Below, in pieces: positions 43,977-54,067 of a stretch of 59,722 bases of DNA. A program made the translations under genes and the position numbers. Source of the DNA: a virus (lineage: Duplodnaviria > Caudoviricetes). The DNA lies in the IMG/VR virus record IMGVR_UViG_3300037504_000748, positions 1-59,722 of that record; one strand, given 5' to 3'. The notes beneath the pieces are model-generated. The model searched no databases. It was not told the DNA's origin and saw only the letters and a list, made by a program, of their open reading frames with translations. Each line of letters begins with the position of its first letter. Positions within the stretch are counted from its first letter, which is position 1.

Positions 43977-44300
43977 TCATCCTTTCACGGGTAGCTGGAC
44001 ACCGAGAGCACTTGCGAACATCTTGCGCGCCTCGTCCACCGTCTGGGCTTTATCCAGCGAGATATCGAGCTGATACAACACGCACTTCTGGCGCATTTCC
44101 TCAACAGTCATATTGAGGATGCGATCAGCTGTCGGTTTCGCCGGTGTCTTCTTGGCGGTATCCGGCGCTTCCAGCGTCATGGTTCCGCAACGCAGGCCTT
44201 CCCTGACATCGATGGGATGAGAGACGACCCATTTACCAGCAGGGACGTCCCACACGCGGCAAAGACCCGTTTCGCGATTGAGATTGTTGTTGGAAATCAT
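43977..44300 (-). CDS. Hypothetical head-region protein
   Basis: 107 aa, GAGG RBS. Confidence 0.7.
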   Translation of the reverse strand: MISNNNLNRETGLCRVWDVPAGKWVVSHPIDVREGLRCGTMTLEAPDTAKKTPAKPTADRILNMTVEEMRQKCVLYQLDISLDKAQTVDEARKMFASALGVQLPVKG

Positions 44301-44328
44301 ATTGTCCTCGAACTAAAGGAGTAGAGGC

Positions 44329-44353
44329 GAGACTCAGGACCGTCCTGAGTCTC
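44329..44353 (-). terminator. Stem-loop downstream of the capsid-associated gene
   Basis: GAGACTCAGGAC/GTCCTGAGTCTC palindrome. Confidence 0.55.
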
Positions 44354-44361
44354 GGGGGGTG

Positions 44362-44850
44362 TCAGGACTGTCTCGACAAATAGGCGCTGTAGTTGATGCC
44401 AGAGGCAATCGTGCCAGCGACGATCGTATACAGACGCATGTATCGATACAGAGTTTCGGCGTACCAGTTGTGGAAAGGCAAGATATAGCGGCCGATAACA
44501 TCATCGGCGTTAGCATCGGATTCTTGCACTTCGGCAGCAGCCAAGGTCAGCTGCATCGCATCCACGATATTAGTATCGGTGCCGAAATCGGAGTCCGACG
44601 ACAGCTGTACAACGATCTTGTAGATCTCATCATCACTGGCGATCTCCAGCGCCGTGACATCGATCACAATGTCGCCGCGAGTGAAGCCAACACCGCTGGT
44701 GAGAGTGGACGGGCCGGTCGAGCCGAGGTCGACCACCTTGGCTGATTCGTCGACGGTGGCTGCGGCGCTGGCCGCGACGAGCCCGGCGTCCTTGAGTTCC
44801 AGATTGGCGTCGAACGTGAGGCGACCCGGAAAGGCGAGAGGAGCAGTCAT
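44362..44850 (-). CDS. Capsid decoration/cement protein (putative)
   Basis: Directly after the capsid gene; TFDANLELKDAG, YRYMRLY. Confidence 0.6.
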   Translation of the reverse strand: MTAPLAFPGRLTFDANLELKDAGLVAASAAATVDESAKVVDLGSTGPSTLTSGVGFTRGDIVIDVTALEIASDDEIYKIVVQLSSDSDFGTDTNIVDAMQLTLAAAEVQESDANADDVIGRYILPFHNWYAETLYRYMRLYTIVAGTIASGINYSAYLSRQS

Positions 44851-44932
44851 TGGATATTCCTTATGGGTATAAAACGGTTGATGGTATGGTGTGGCACCTG
44901 CCTACGCGACAGGTGCGGTGAATTGCAGTGAA

Positions 44933-45859
44933 TCAGACGGTGACGGTGGCGTTCTTGATGCCGTACAGTCGAGCAGCGGCCCTGCCGTGATACACGGTGA
45001 GACCTGCGTACCACTCAACACGAGTACGATGCACGGGCTTGGTGTCGATCTCCCCGAGATCCCGAACATCCATCTCGCCGTTCTGGATGCCGTTGAGCAT
45101 GCCTTCCATCATGTCGACGACATAGATGGACGTGCCGACGTTGGAGCCACCGCCGGGGTTGACCTCGTTGAACGCCAGTACCGGGGTCTGACCGCGACCA
45201 TCGGTGGTCAGGATGGGCAGATCATTGTACTTGCTGATCTGCCGGCCGAACTCGTCCTGACCGTAGGTGATGTACCCCGTCACACTCGGGTTGCGGGCGG
45301 CACTGGTCATCAGACGGCGCATGGCGCGGCTCATAACCAAGTGAGTCGGCTCATCGACCTGATCGATCGCCTCATCGAGCTTGGCGAGGCTCAGGGCGTC
45401 GCCGCCGCTGGTCGAGCCGGCCGCGATGAGCTGACTGCCCACCAGACGCTTCTGCAGACCGTCGAACTCACGGGGGTCGGATTCGGAATCGCCCTTGATG
45501 AACTTGGTGGTCCACAGGTGAGCAAGCGCCTTGACCTTGAGGTTCTCGTGAGTCGTGCGAGTGCCCTCGCCTTGGGTCTGGATGATGTAGTTGTCAACAT
45601 CGAGATCACCGCCGGCGATCACGACCGGATCCATCACCGGGTTGAGGATACCGGTACTCTCGGTGTAGGCCTCGTTGATTCCGCGGAAGGCCACACCGGG
45701 AAGGGCGGCTTCCTGGTTGTAACGCACAGCGTTACCAGGGATGCTTTCGAACGGGAGGACGCGGAGTACGTCGCTTGCGCGAGCATACATTTCGATGATC
45801 GCCGACTTGACGACATCGGTCGTGTTGAGTTTGGCAGCTTCGACAAGGGTCATAGCCAT
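44933..45859 (-). CDS. Major capsid protein (HK97 fold)
   Basis: MTLVEAAK, LPF, E..LPGVAFRGINE, GGDLDVD, FIKGDS...EFDGL..R, AARLYGI. Confidence 0.92.
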   Translation of the reverse strand: MAMTLVEAAKLNTTDVVKSAIIEMYARASDVLRVLPFESIPGNAVRYNQEAALPGVAFRGINEAYTESTGILNPVMDPVVIAGGDLDVDNYIIQTQGEGTRTTHENLKVKALAHLWTTKFIKGDSESDPREFDGLQKRLVGSQLIAAGSTSGGDALSLAKLDEAIDQVDEPTHLVMSRAMRRLMTSAARNPSVTGYITYGQDEFGRQISKYNDLPILTTDGRGQTPVLAFNEVNPGGGSNVGTSIYVVDMMEGMLNGIQNGEMDVRDLGEIDTKPVHRTRVEWYAGLTVYHGRAAARLYGIKNATVTV

Positions 45860-45870
45860 GGGTTGTTCCT

Positions 45871-46668
45871 TTAGCGTTTATTGGTTTCGCGATATCGACG
45901 CAGGCGCTCCTGAGGAGACATCCCCTGGTCGTGAGTATGAGTGCCGCGCTTGCGGTCAGTTTTCCCGGTGTCGAAACCCTTGGCTTTCGAACCTTCAAAA
46001 GCCACTGCGAATTGGTCATCATCTTTGAGGGAGTGTACGAACTCTTCAATGGTCATGTTGGCTGTGGTGCCGGACTTTCTGGACATGCGCGGTTGACCAT
46101 CATCGCCGACAACGACAACGCTTTCGTTACCGTTTTCGTCGATGGTCATACGCACAGACGACTCGATATGAGGAAGCAACAATTTCGGGGCACGAGCGCC
46201 GGCCTCATTTAGGGCCTTCATCGCCTGTTCGACCACAAGTGCCTTGTGCAGGCGGCTTTCCAGTGTTTTCGTGCGCTCTTCGATCTTACCCAGCGCCTCT
46301 TGATGCTTTTCTGAAAGCTGCTTGGTCTTGCTCGAGTACTCACTTTCGATCTGCTTGCGCAGTGTCTCGATTTGAGTTTTGGTTTTGTCGTCCACTTCAT
46401 CGTCGAGCGTTTTCAAGCGATCGATAGCTTCCTTGGCGGTCTTGGGGTCCAGATCACCAAAAGCGGATAGTTTGGTAGCAGCACTCTTAGCAGCCTCACG
46501 CTCCTTGTTCAGTGCGCTCATCAGTTTGCCGACGTTGGCAATCTTGTGTCCGTCTCTTTCTTCTCCATCAAGGATGAATTTGCCTTGAAGGTCACCTTCA
46601 CCGGCAATGTAGTGCTCACGGAGGGGCTCATCGACGTCCTCCAGAGAGTCAATAATGAGTTTCAACAT
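45871..46668 (-). CDS. Capsid scaffolding protein
   Basis: GGAG RBS before ATG 46668; coiled coil; SALNKERE; upstream of the capsid gene. Confidence 0.8.
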   Translation of the reverse strand: MLKLIIDSLEDVDEPLREHYIAGEGDLQGKFILDGEERDGHKIANVGKLMSALNKEREAAKSAATKLSAFGDLDPKTAKEAIDRLKTLDDEVDDKTKTQIETLRKQIESEYSSKTKQLSEKHQEALGKIEERTKTLESRLHKALVVEQAMKALNEAGARAPKLLLPHIESSVRMTIDENGNESVVVVGDDGQPRMSRKSGTTANMTIEEFVHSLKDDDQFAVAFEGSKAKGFDTGKTDRKRGTHTHDQGMSPQERLRRYRETNKR

Positions 46669-46708
46669 AGGAATCTCCTGGGCATCACGCTCAGTCGGCT
46701 TCACGCCG

Positions 46709-47740
46709 TTATTTGCCGCGCCTTTCTAGCTCGGCAAGGGTTAAAGGTTCGTTGCGTCGATCGACCATATCTGTCAAAGACCGCCCTTGACGAAACATAC
46801 GGCCGCGGCGAACCCCAAGGACTTCGTTCTGGACATCGACGCTCTGACGCTTCAGCCATTCGCTGTAGGTCGTTTTGCCCGGGACGCTCCCGTCCATACT
46901 CGCACGAGTTGATGGAGCAGGATCCTTGAGTCCGTATTCTTTGTAGCTCTTGAGAACAGGAACAGTTGTGCTCCTGCAGCGATAGTGCATGGGCGGTCGC
47001 GGCCCCTCGTTCACCGGGAACTCTTGGCCGTCCAGGGAGGCACACTCAAGTGTGGTGCGTGCGTCCAGTGTCGCAACATACTGCACCGCTTTTATTACAT
47101 CATTCTGCTGGTACGTCTCCTCACGAGCTCGCGCCGAGGCGTGTGTAATGGACGTGCGAACAATAGACTCCGCTTGACGACGACTGAGACCTTCAGTCGC
47201 ATGTCGGAAGCGTGAAGCTATCTGATCAGTAGACTCTCCCCGGGCGAGACCCGTCAGAATCGACTCGCGAGCTGCCGTTCTCACCGAAAAGCCAGCCCTT
47301 TCCCACCAATCAGATAGCACCGCACCTTCGAACGGCGACTCAACAATCATCGCACCAAGCATTCTCAAATCCGGCTGCGCAAGACCAACACGTATGGGCA
47401 GGGCTTCTTGCATCGATGCCACCTGCCAAGATACTTCCATCTTGGCAACCTCACGTACGACTTGCGCGTTGTTTACGCCGAGTTGCTTGTAACCCTCAGA
47501 AATGATTTTGCCCATGGACTTGTCGAGATATTGCAACCGCTGATTGTACTTCCAATTGATATAAGCACTGCGAGCTCGTATGTTGGCAATACGCTCAACA
47601 ACCTCAGAGTGTAACGGTTGCCAAACCGTGTTGTACAGCGTGTCAAGCAAGACCCGGGCTTCGTGCGCCTTCAAACGTTCCATGTAGAACGAATGTTCGA
47701 TGCCTTTATCGAGGAGAATTTCATTCGTTGACGGCATCAT
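46709..47740 (-). CDS. Minor head protein (SPP1 gp7/MuF-like)
   Basis: IVRT, YVATLDARTT..C..LDG, PPMHYRCRS, TYSEWLKRQ. Confidence 0.9.
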   Translation of the reverse strand: MMPSTNEILLDKGIEHSFYMERLKAHEARVLLDTLYNTVWQPLHSEVVERIANIRARSAYINWKYNQRLQYLDKSMGKIISEGYKQLGVNNAQVVREVAKMEVSWQVASMQEALPIRVGLAQPDLRMLGAMIVESPFEGAVLSDWWERAGFSVRTAARESILTGLARGESTDQIASRFRHATEGLSRRQAESIVRTSITHASARAREETYQQNDVIKAVQYVATLDARTTLECASLDGQEFPVNEGPRPPMHYRCRSTTVPVLKSYKEYGLKDPAPSTRASMDGSVPGKTTYSEWLKRQSVDVQNEVLGVRRGRMFRQGRSLTDMVDRRNEPLTLAELERRGK

Positions 47741-49286
47741 TGCCTCGTGCGTTTTGTGCGTTTTGTGCGTTCAAATCGTTCGAATCGTTAGTCGCAGTGT
47801 TTTGGTCGTCGTCGCTCGCGAAGACCTCTTGCATACGTTTGGCCTTTTCCATCATTGCTTCTTCGGTTCGTATCATTTCGTCTTCGGCGTCCACTGTATC
47901 AGACAGTATACCGCGACGACGCCACTCCGCGATAAAGGTTTCTTGACTGAGGAGATTGTCTTTTGCGGCTGTAAGCAGCGTCTGCGCGTCGTTCCCGGAT
48001 CGGAGATCGATATAGAAGTCGCGGTCCAGTGTGATAGTGAAATCGTCGGGCAGAGATGTGTCCTGGTTCTGCCATTTGAGCATTCCGCGGATGGTATCCC
48101 TAAGGAACATTTCGGTCACACCGAGCCACTCTTCGACTTGCGTTTGATTCCGCCCTTCGTCGAGTGCGCGAGCAGTGGCGGTCTGATTACCCCCGGTCAC
48201 AAACGGTTTCATGCCGAGCACCTGCATACGATCTTCAATTGCTTTGATGTCTTTGGCGCCTGCTTCAATTGCGTCGCCCCGCCACTCGACCACTGTCAAT
48301 TGCGCATTCTCATTGGTCGTCGCTACTACAGCATTGCCGCCAACTGGTATCCCTTTGCGAATCTCGTCGTCAGTGAACCCAGAAGCAAAATAGGTGCCAG
48401 CGCGTGCGAATCGGAGAATGTTACGTTGATCGGAAGCCGACTGCCAGTGCTCCACATTGAGATAAGCAAGATCGACCAGGGGCGGCACAGCGAGTACCGG
48501 ATCCAAACTCTCGCCGTAAAACGCACTGACGAGAGGCACACTGCCATATGAATGCTCTGCCTCGTAGGTCATCTCCCAGCCGTTCTCGGTGGCCTGATAT
48601 ACCATCGTCGAATCGGTTGTGATGATTCGGATTTGCTCTGTTTCTGACGTGCTGTAGCTTGTCTCATCGGCGTCTTCAGACGTCTCGCGAATCTTGATCG
48701 CCCGCAAATACGGGCGCCCATCCGCACGATAGCCGACGAGCCATCCAATCAAGTTGAGCGGGTGTACAATTTGCGCATAGGGACGGATGCGGCTTTCTCG
48801 TTCATCAGCCAAGTTGTCAGTAAGGCTGGCGAGGGTAGGATTGTCAGCTATCTCTTCAGGGCGGTCAACAGTGTCAACGCGCGTATTGGGAAAGATCGGC
48901 AGAGCATGCACGACGCCGTAGGCGATACCGATCTCCATGCACTGCCGTCCAAAGCGCTGCAAGCTTGCTCCGCTGCCGTCGACATCATCCAACAGCGGTT
49001 TTATACGAGCGGCCGTATCATCTGGAGTGACTACCAGAGGCTGACCAAAGGGTTTCGATGCGATGAAGCGACATGTGTCAGCAAAGGCCCCGAACAAGAA
49101 CGAACGCAACACACGCGCTTGATATGATGCTGTAGGCTCTTTGTCCTCCTTGGGCAGCCAGCGTTCGCCGGCCTCACGCATTGCCTTGGTACCTCCCATC
49201 AAATCACCGATGAGATACCAATACTCCGTTAGCTGTTCGTTGTAGGCTTGATTGGCTTTGGCAATATGTGCGTTGGTATCAGCCAT
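47721..49286 (-). CDS. Portal protein (DUF4055-type)
   Basis: LMGGTKAMREAGERWLPK, Y..R, DVDGSG, RPY, PPLVDLA.LN..HWQS. Confidence 0.9.
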   Translation of the reverse strand: MADTNAHIAKANQAYNEQLTEYWYLIGDLMGGTKAMREAGERWLPKEDKEPTASYQARVLRSFLFGAFADTCRFIASKPFGQPLVVTPDDTAARIKPLLDDVDGSGASLQRFGRQCMEIGIAYGVVHALPIFPNTRVDTVDRPEEIADNPTLASLTDNLADERESRIRPYAQIVHPLNLIGWLVGYRADGRPYLRAIKIRETSEDADETSYSTSETEQIRIITTDSTMVYQATENGWEMTYEAEHSYGSVPLVSAFYGESLDPVLAVPPLVDLAYLNVEHWQSASDQRNILRFARAGTYFASGFTDDEIRKGIPVGGNAVVATTNENAQLTVVEWRGDAIEAGAKDIKAIEDRMQVLGMKPFVTGGNQTATARALDEGRNQTQVEEWLGVTEMFLRDTIRGMLKWQNQDTSLPDDFTITLDRDFYIDLRSGNDAQTLLTAAKDNLLSQETFIAEWRRRGILSDTVDAEDEMIRTEEAMMEKAKRMQEVFASDDDQNTATNDSNDLNAQNAQNARGNDAVNE

Positions 49287-49560
49287 CGTTTTCTCGTTTC
49301 TCGATATAAGCCGCCCAGTCGAACTCAGTCAGCGTCCAGCCCGTTTCAAGCTCTACCCAACCGTACTCGACCAACGAGTTACTCGCTTCTTCGTAGATAA
49401 AGACGCGAGCATGGTCGCCATCGATTTCTTTGATGACCATAGGCGAACCGGGGTGCACCATAAAGTCATACTTTCGAAATTCTAGACAACTCAATAATAA
49501 TAACAGCAAAAAACCCAAAAGCAACCGGGTTACGGTTTGTTTATATGTTTCAAAACGCAT
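49279..49560 (-). CDS. Lipoprotein, o-spanin-like candidate
   Basis: Hydrophobic signal peptide ending LLLSC; next to holin-like genes. Confidence 0.5.
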   Translation of the reverse strand: MRFETYKQTVTRLLLGFLLLLLLSCLEFRKYDFMVHPGSPMVIKEIDGDHARVFIYEEASNSLVEYGWVELETGWTLTEFDWAAYIEKRENDG

Positions 49561-49648
49561 ATTTTGCTACCTCATAAACTGAAGATAATTGGACCCTATA
49601 TCCTAATATGACCCAGAGATAAAAGTCGCAATTATCCTATAGCAATTC
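49561..49648. repeat. ~88 bp dispersed element, copy B
   Basis: Aligns with the reverse complement of 21490-21578. Confidence 0.6.
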
Positions 49649-49828
49649 AGTGTCCGCGCTTGATTTTGAATTATTTTCAGGGTCCAAGGAATCAATTACA
49701 TGCCGCCGCAACTCATCCTTGACCCGCTCGGAGCCCAGCACATGAATGCCATCTGGCTTTTCCTTGACCACTAAAGCCACAAATAGCTCCTTGAGGAATA
49801 ACACGATAGCTGACCAGAATCCGCTCAT
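49637..49828 (-). CDS. Small membrane-associated protein (i-spanin-like candidate)
   Basis: 63 aa with a hydrophobic N-terminus. Confidence 0.45.
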   Translation of the reverse strand: MSGFWSAIVLFLKELFVALVVKEKPDGIHVLGSERVKDELRRHVIDSLDPENNSKSSADTELL

Positions 49829-49855
49829 GGCGGGCCCCTAACGGTTGAATATCGC

Positions 49856-50092
49856 CTACTTGGCGCCAACGTCTTCGGATGAGACATCGTTGTCTCGTGC
49901 GAATTTACCGATCAGCGCGGCGGCGATGCCTCCGAAGGTGATACCACAACCCCGTAGCAGCTCGACGATCGTGGCGTAGTCGGGGTTGGTTTCCGGGTTC
50001 CCGTCCAACAGGAAACCGACGCCTCCAGTGACAGCAGAGATGAGGGCGAGCCACCCCGCAATGCTTGTCTTCCAGCTCTTCTTCTTCGACAT
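49856..50092 (-). CDS. Holin-like membrane protein
   Basis: 78 aa, two hydrophobic segments; KSWKTS..G and ARDNDVSSE patterns. Confidence 0.55.
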   Translation of the reverse strand: MSKKKSWKTSIAGWLALISAVTGGVGFLLDGNPETNPDYATIVELLRGCGITFGGIAAALIGKFARDNDVSSEDVGAK

Positions 50093-50116
50093 GAAATCTC
50101 CTTTCAGGGATGAGTG

Positions 50117-51529
50117 TTAGAGATCTTGGCGTACCAAGAATGATTGTGTAGTACTGTGCTTGCGTTCGATGTAGTAACCGAGGGCGTCCGACAAGTGAGT
50201 CAGTGCCGGGTCTTTCTTTTTATCGATTTCACCTGATCCACCTTGTAGGAGCGAAACACCTTCAAAGTCCTTAATGAGATATGTGCACGACGGATCGATT
50301 AGCATGCGCGTCACACCGGATGCATTTCGCAATCTTGTGTTGATAGCGTTTACGCGTGCCCGCTCTGAAGGGTTGGATTTCGGCACGTCGAACCGCAGCC
50401 GGTCACCAAAGACGGGGCGGAGCTCATCTCGAATGAGGTCCCAATCCGACCCGTGCACCTTCGCTGTACCTCGCGACCCACCGGTTGCGTCGCCGTAGCA
50501 GGTGATGATTCCTTTATGGTGGCCCCAGTCGTGGATAAGCTTTCGACATACTGCCGGGGTCGTGGAGTTTCTGGGGATGTGTACTTCGCCGAGGACCGCT
50601 GTAAACTCTCTAGCAAGAGAGCCAATTCGACCCAGGTAGATGCTTTCTTGAGCCACCGCCGCCGTTCCCGGCTGGACATTGAAGTCAAAACAGAATGCAA
50701 GAGGTGCCTCGTTATTGTAGTATCCGGATAGATCCTCACATCCATGGATCTCACGATCGAAGTTGTAGTATGCGAGACCTTCGAAAGAAACAAACGATCC
50801 TTCATATTCCTGCTTGTAAACAAGGTCATCCAGCTCGCGCTTAGCTGCCTCAATCTCCTTAGGATCAAGAACTGTCGACGAATACCACGTGTAGAAACTC
50901 CATTCTTCATTCTGCAATCCTTTGGCCATCATAGCGATGTCGTAGTAGTGATTACGGCCTTCTGGCACGCCGATGAGCCATGCCCATCCTTCACGACCGA
51001 GAGTCGACACCGCAGGTCTGACGTGCAGTGTCCAGGCTACTTCCTTCATGTTGCCGTACTCATCGAGCACGATCCCGTCCACTGGCGATCCCTCAACACG
51101 TTCGGGGCGATCCATACCGACGACCTGAATGTGTGCGCCGTTCCACAACCAGATTGTACTGGTGGTCTCTTTGATGGGCTCTCGTCCGTGAGACTTGGAC
51201 AGCGCCCATTTTGGCACTAGTCTTTTGAGATCCTCCCAGTAGATTTGTTTTGCCTGTGGAAGAGTTGGCGCCCCGCATATGAAACGGCCATCATCGAAAT
51301 CGCAAAAGGTTATCGCCTTCAGCACCAGCTTGCGTTTAGCTAGCTCTGTTTTACCGGAACGACGACCGGCGCTCACGACTTTGAAGCGAGCAGGGTCGAC
51401 CCATAATGCCGCTTGTTTCCGGTGATATTTGAGCGTGGTCCACCGAGGGGGAAGTGTCAATCCGCCGACCGACTGAGGGTGATGAGCCCCTGTTTGACTA
51501 TTTCTGACGAGTGTCGATGTATGAGTCAT
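50117..51529 (-). CDS. terL: Terminase large subunit
   Basis: AGRRSGKT Walker A, APT..QAK, VLDEY, GVPEGRNH, QEYEGSF, DFN, HLSDALGY. Confidence 0.95.
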   Translation of the reverse strand: MTHTSTLVRNSQTGAHHPQSVGGLTLPPRWTTLKYHRKQAALWVDPARFKVVSAGRRSGKTELAKRKLVLKAITFCDFDDGRFICGAPTLPQAKQIYWEDLKRLVPKWALSKSHGREPIKETTSTIWLWNGAHIQVVGMDRPERVEGSPVDGIVLDEYGNMKEVAWTLHVRPAVSTLGREGWAWLIGVPEGRNHYYDIAMMAKGLQNEEWSFYTWYSSTVLDPKEIEAAKRELDDLVYKQEYEGSFVSFEGLAYYNFDREIHGCEDLSGYYNNEAPLAFCFDFNVQPGTAAVAQESIYLGRIGSLAREFTAVLGEVHIPRNSTTPAVCRKLIHDWGHHKGIITCYGDATGGSRGTAKVHGSDWDLIRDELRPVFGDRLRFDVPKSNPSERARVNAINTRLRNASGVTRMLIDPSCTYLIKDFEGVSLLQGGSGEIDKKKDPALTHLSDALGYYIERKHSTTQSFLVRQDL

Positions 51530-52029
51530 GTGGGTTCTCTCCACGACTGCAAACTGACACCGTCGACATTCATCAACGATACTTGACGCCCTACGTAGTG
51601 CTCGGCAATTATGTTGAAAGCAGCCGACGACTTCATTTCGAGCCACTCGGCATCACCCAGTCGCACGAGCAGTCGAGCTCTTTGGAAATAGTCGTTCATG
51701 TAAAGAGAGAAGTCACGTGAACAATCCGGATACGGATCCTCATCAACCCAAGCCACAACGGTCAACGCCTGATGATGAGCGAGCGTGCGCCGGATCGCGT
51801 CTTGGGTGTTTTTGTCAAAGCCTGCTTTCTTGCTTGCCGTAAGATGAAATCGATGGCATACGTACCAAGAATCGATCTCACCGGACAGCTCGACATCGCC
51901 ACTTAGCGGCAAACCCCCGCGTGTGATGGGTGCATTGCAGATACCCCATTTGAGAGCGGCATTATGCACAGCCGATACCAGCGGCGATATGACGACATGC
52001 GTTATATGGTCACCCTCGACGATCAGCAT
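51526..52029 (-). CDS. Hypothetical protein
   Basis: 167 aa, translationally coupled on both sides. Confidence 0.7.
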   Translation of the reverse strand: MLIVEGDHITHVVISPLVSAVHNAALKWGICNAPITRGGLPLSGDVELSGEIDSWYVCHRFHLTASKKAGFDKNTQDAIRRTLAHHQALTVVAWVDEDPYPDCSRDFSLYMNDYFQRARLLVRLGDAEWLEMKSSAAFNIIAEHYVGRQVSLMNVDGVSLQSWREPT

Positions 52030-52454
52030 TACGTACCCTTCAATATGCGTGTAGTCTCACCCGCGTCGTTGCGATGAACGGGTAAAGGTCGCTGGTGTCG
52101 TACAGCACACTGCGCTTCGATCGCAGTGACCCGATTGGTCAATCGGTCCATACGGATATCCATATGACGTCGATACCGATCAGTGGATTCGATTTGCTTG
52201 TTGGTCTTGACAATGAGGACATCAATCGACTTCTGTAGCTCGGCCTGCTTCGAGTCGATCTGATTCTTGTCCGTCGCAGCTTTCCAGATCAGCCGCACGC
52301 TATACAGAAATGCTGTGCACAACATCCCAACTGCTGTGAGCGCAACCGCTGGCGACACACCGCCCTCCGCGGCTGCCTGGGCTACAGGAGCAGCGGCACC
52401 TGCCCCTGCCACAACGGAGATACTGATCAGATGAGGGACCGAAAGCATTGTCAC
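52029..52454 (-). CDS. Membrane protein with a coiled coil
   Basis: Hydrophobic N-terminal segments followed by a heptad region. Confidence 0.6.
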   Translation of the reverse strand: MTMLSVPHLISISVVAGAGAAAPVAQAAAEGGVSPAVALTAVGMLCTAFLYSVRLIWKAATDKNQIDSKQAELQKSIDVLIVKTNKQIESTDRYRRHMDIRMDRLTNRVTAIEAQCAVRHQRPLPVHRNDAGETTRILKGT

Positions 52455-52477
52455 AATAGCCCTTTCCTAGCGATTGA

Positions 52478-53344
52478 CTATTTCGTCACCGGCTGAGTCT
52501 TGTACGGGTTCGAGGCCGGCAATTGATTTGAGATACCGGCTTTGTGTGCAAGAAACGCAAAGATCCTCTGTCGCTTCTTGGTGGTCATGAAGTTGCTGTC
52601 ACCGGCGGCGATGATGACGTCCATGCCGACGATCGTCTGCGTAGGTGTAGCGCTGAGCCCTAGTGACAGATCGAGACTGTCAGTGGTGTCGAACGCTGAC
52701 CCGCTACCTTGCCACGTGGTGTCTTCATCTTCCTTGACGTCATCGACCCACGCCTCGACAGTGTCGTTGGCAGGAGACCAGCGCCCCGCAACCACATAGG
52801 TCGTTCGGGAGTCAGTAACCAGATCTGTGGATCCAATTGTAGCTGCGTAGGAATCGGCGTCAAGAATCCTCCCGCCAATTTGCAACGCATTTGGCGCGGC
52901 AGCACCAGAGTCGTCAATGATCATAGCCAGGCGCCCGCTAGATGTGCTGGTGCCGGTGCTGACATTGAGAAAGGTTCTGTTCGCGGCGTCAGCCGACCCT
53001 GGCTGGATAACGGTGAATACCCACACGTCAGCTGCGGCGTTAGTAAACGTGAGCCAGTCACCCCCGTTTGAGGCGTCCTCATCGAAGTTCTTACTCTGGC
53101 CGCACGACCAAGCAGGCAGGTTATTTATTGCGCCCAGGGAAGGTTCTGAATCGCTGAAAGGATCAACACCAAAATTGCCTTTCTGTGGGTCCCATCCTTG
53201 CCATAGATCGCTACCATCAATGCTGACACCATTATTGACGTCGAGCCAGCCGATGATATCGTCGTCGTCAAGAGGGGTCCATAGGGGTCTGCCAAAAGCA
53301 GACACAGTCCCTACAGTCCCGCGAACACCTTGAATACCCTTCAC
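52478..53344 (-). CDS. LamG/concanavalin-like virion-type protein
   Basis: WTP...WLD, W.....GN, WVDD, and C-terminal FLAHKAG...LPASNPYK. Confidence 0.55.
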   Translation of the reverse strand: MKGIQGVRGTVGTVSAFGRPLWTPLDDDDIIGWLDVNNGVSIDGSDLWQGWDPQKGNFGVDPFSDSEPSLGAINNLPAWSCGQSKNFDEDASNGGDWLTFTNAAADVWVFTVIQPGSADAANRTFLNVSTGTSTSSGRLAMIIDDSGAAAPNALQIGGRILDADSYAATIGSTDLVTDSRTTYVVAGRWSPANDTVEAWVDDVKEDEDTTWQGSGSAFDTTDSLDLSLGLSATPTQTIVGMDVIIAAGDSNFMTTKKRQRIFAFLAHKAGISNQLPASNPYKTQPVTK

Positions 53345-53355
53345 TTGGTGCCCCT

Positions 53356-53694
53356 TTATCCGTTGAAGTGCACCTGCGCGATAGCGGCGACAGTCGATCC
53401 GTCCAGCGATTCGACGTAGACGCTCGATGCATCGACAGGAATGGTCTCTTCGACACCGGCAGCCACGTGGGCGTTGCAGGCATCAGCAGCGTGACCGTGT
53501 TGAAAAGCCTCGCGATCGGTACCGTCAGCTATCGTCGCCCGGATCTTGACATCGAGGATCTGATTCGAGCTCAGGCCGCTGGAGCTCGCAACGGTTGACA
53601 GGATCAAACTCAGCAGGGTGGCCGCCGAGCCCGAGACTGGAATTGTGATCGCTACCGTCAGGTACCGATCGCAGGTTGTCAGGTTGCTGTTCAT
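53356..53694 (-). CDS. Hypothetical protein
   Basis: AAGGA RBS before ATG 53694; overlaps the 3' end of the upstream ORF. Confidence 0.6.
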   Translation of the reverse strand: MNSNLTTCDRYLTVAITIPVSGSAATLLSLILSTVASSSGLSSNQILDVKIRATIADGTDREAFQHGHAADACNAHVAAGVEETIPVDASSVYVESLDGSTVAAIAQVHFNG

Positions 53695-54067
53695 GTTGGT
53701 TTCCTTCTTCTTCGTTCTCTGAAAGAGGGACAGTGGCTTCGAGTTGACTGAGTTGTGCAAGTCCTCGTCGCACAAGCTCTGCAGGATCCTCGGTGCTCTG
53801 ATTGTCGGCGGGTTCGATCGTCGCCTTGCCAATGAGAGGCTTGATGTATGCATCGTAGAAAATCAACGGGTTATTGTCGAATGCTTCCTGGGCTGCCTCA
53901 TAGAATTTCTGGAGGTTATGCGGGTCCTGGCAAAGAACATCAAGAGCACCTACCATAAGACGACGGCCGTCTGTAACGATGGGTTGCTGCACACCGTTTT
54001 TGACTTGCAGAGCCTGTTCTTTTATTTTGGAAAGAAATTCCCCTGTGCCCATTTCATGAATGTTCAT
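53525..54067 (-). CDS. Hypothetical protein, terminase small subunit candidate
   Basis: GGGAGG RBS; helical; NPLIFY..YIKPL; upstream of terL in the operon. Confidence 0.4.
   Translation of the reverse strand: MNIHEMGTGEFLSKIKEQALQVKNGVQQPIVTDGRRLMVGALDVLCQDPHNLQKFYEAAQEAFDNNPLIFYDAYIKPLIGKATIEPADNQSTEDPAELVRRGLAQLSQLEATVPLSENEEEGNQHEQQPDNLRSVPDGSDHNSSLGLGGHPAEFDPVNRCELQRPELESDPRCQDPGDDS

Noticed and set aside
44891-45874. 327-aa plus-strand ORF and similar long antisense ORFs (37972-38730, 47700-48551)
   Set aside because: Antisense shadows of the capsid, tape measure and portal genes in GC-rich coding DNA
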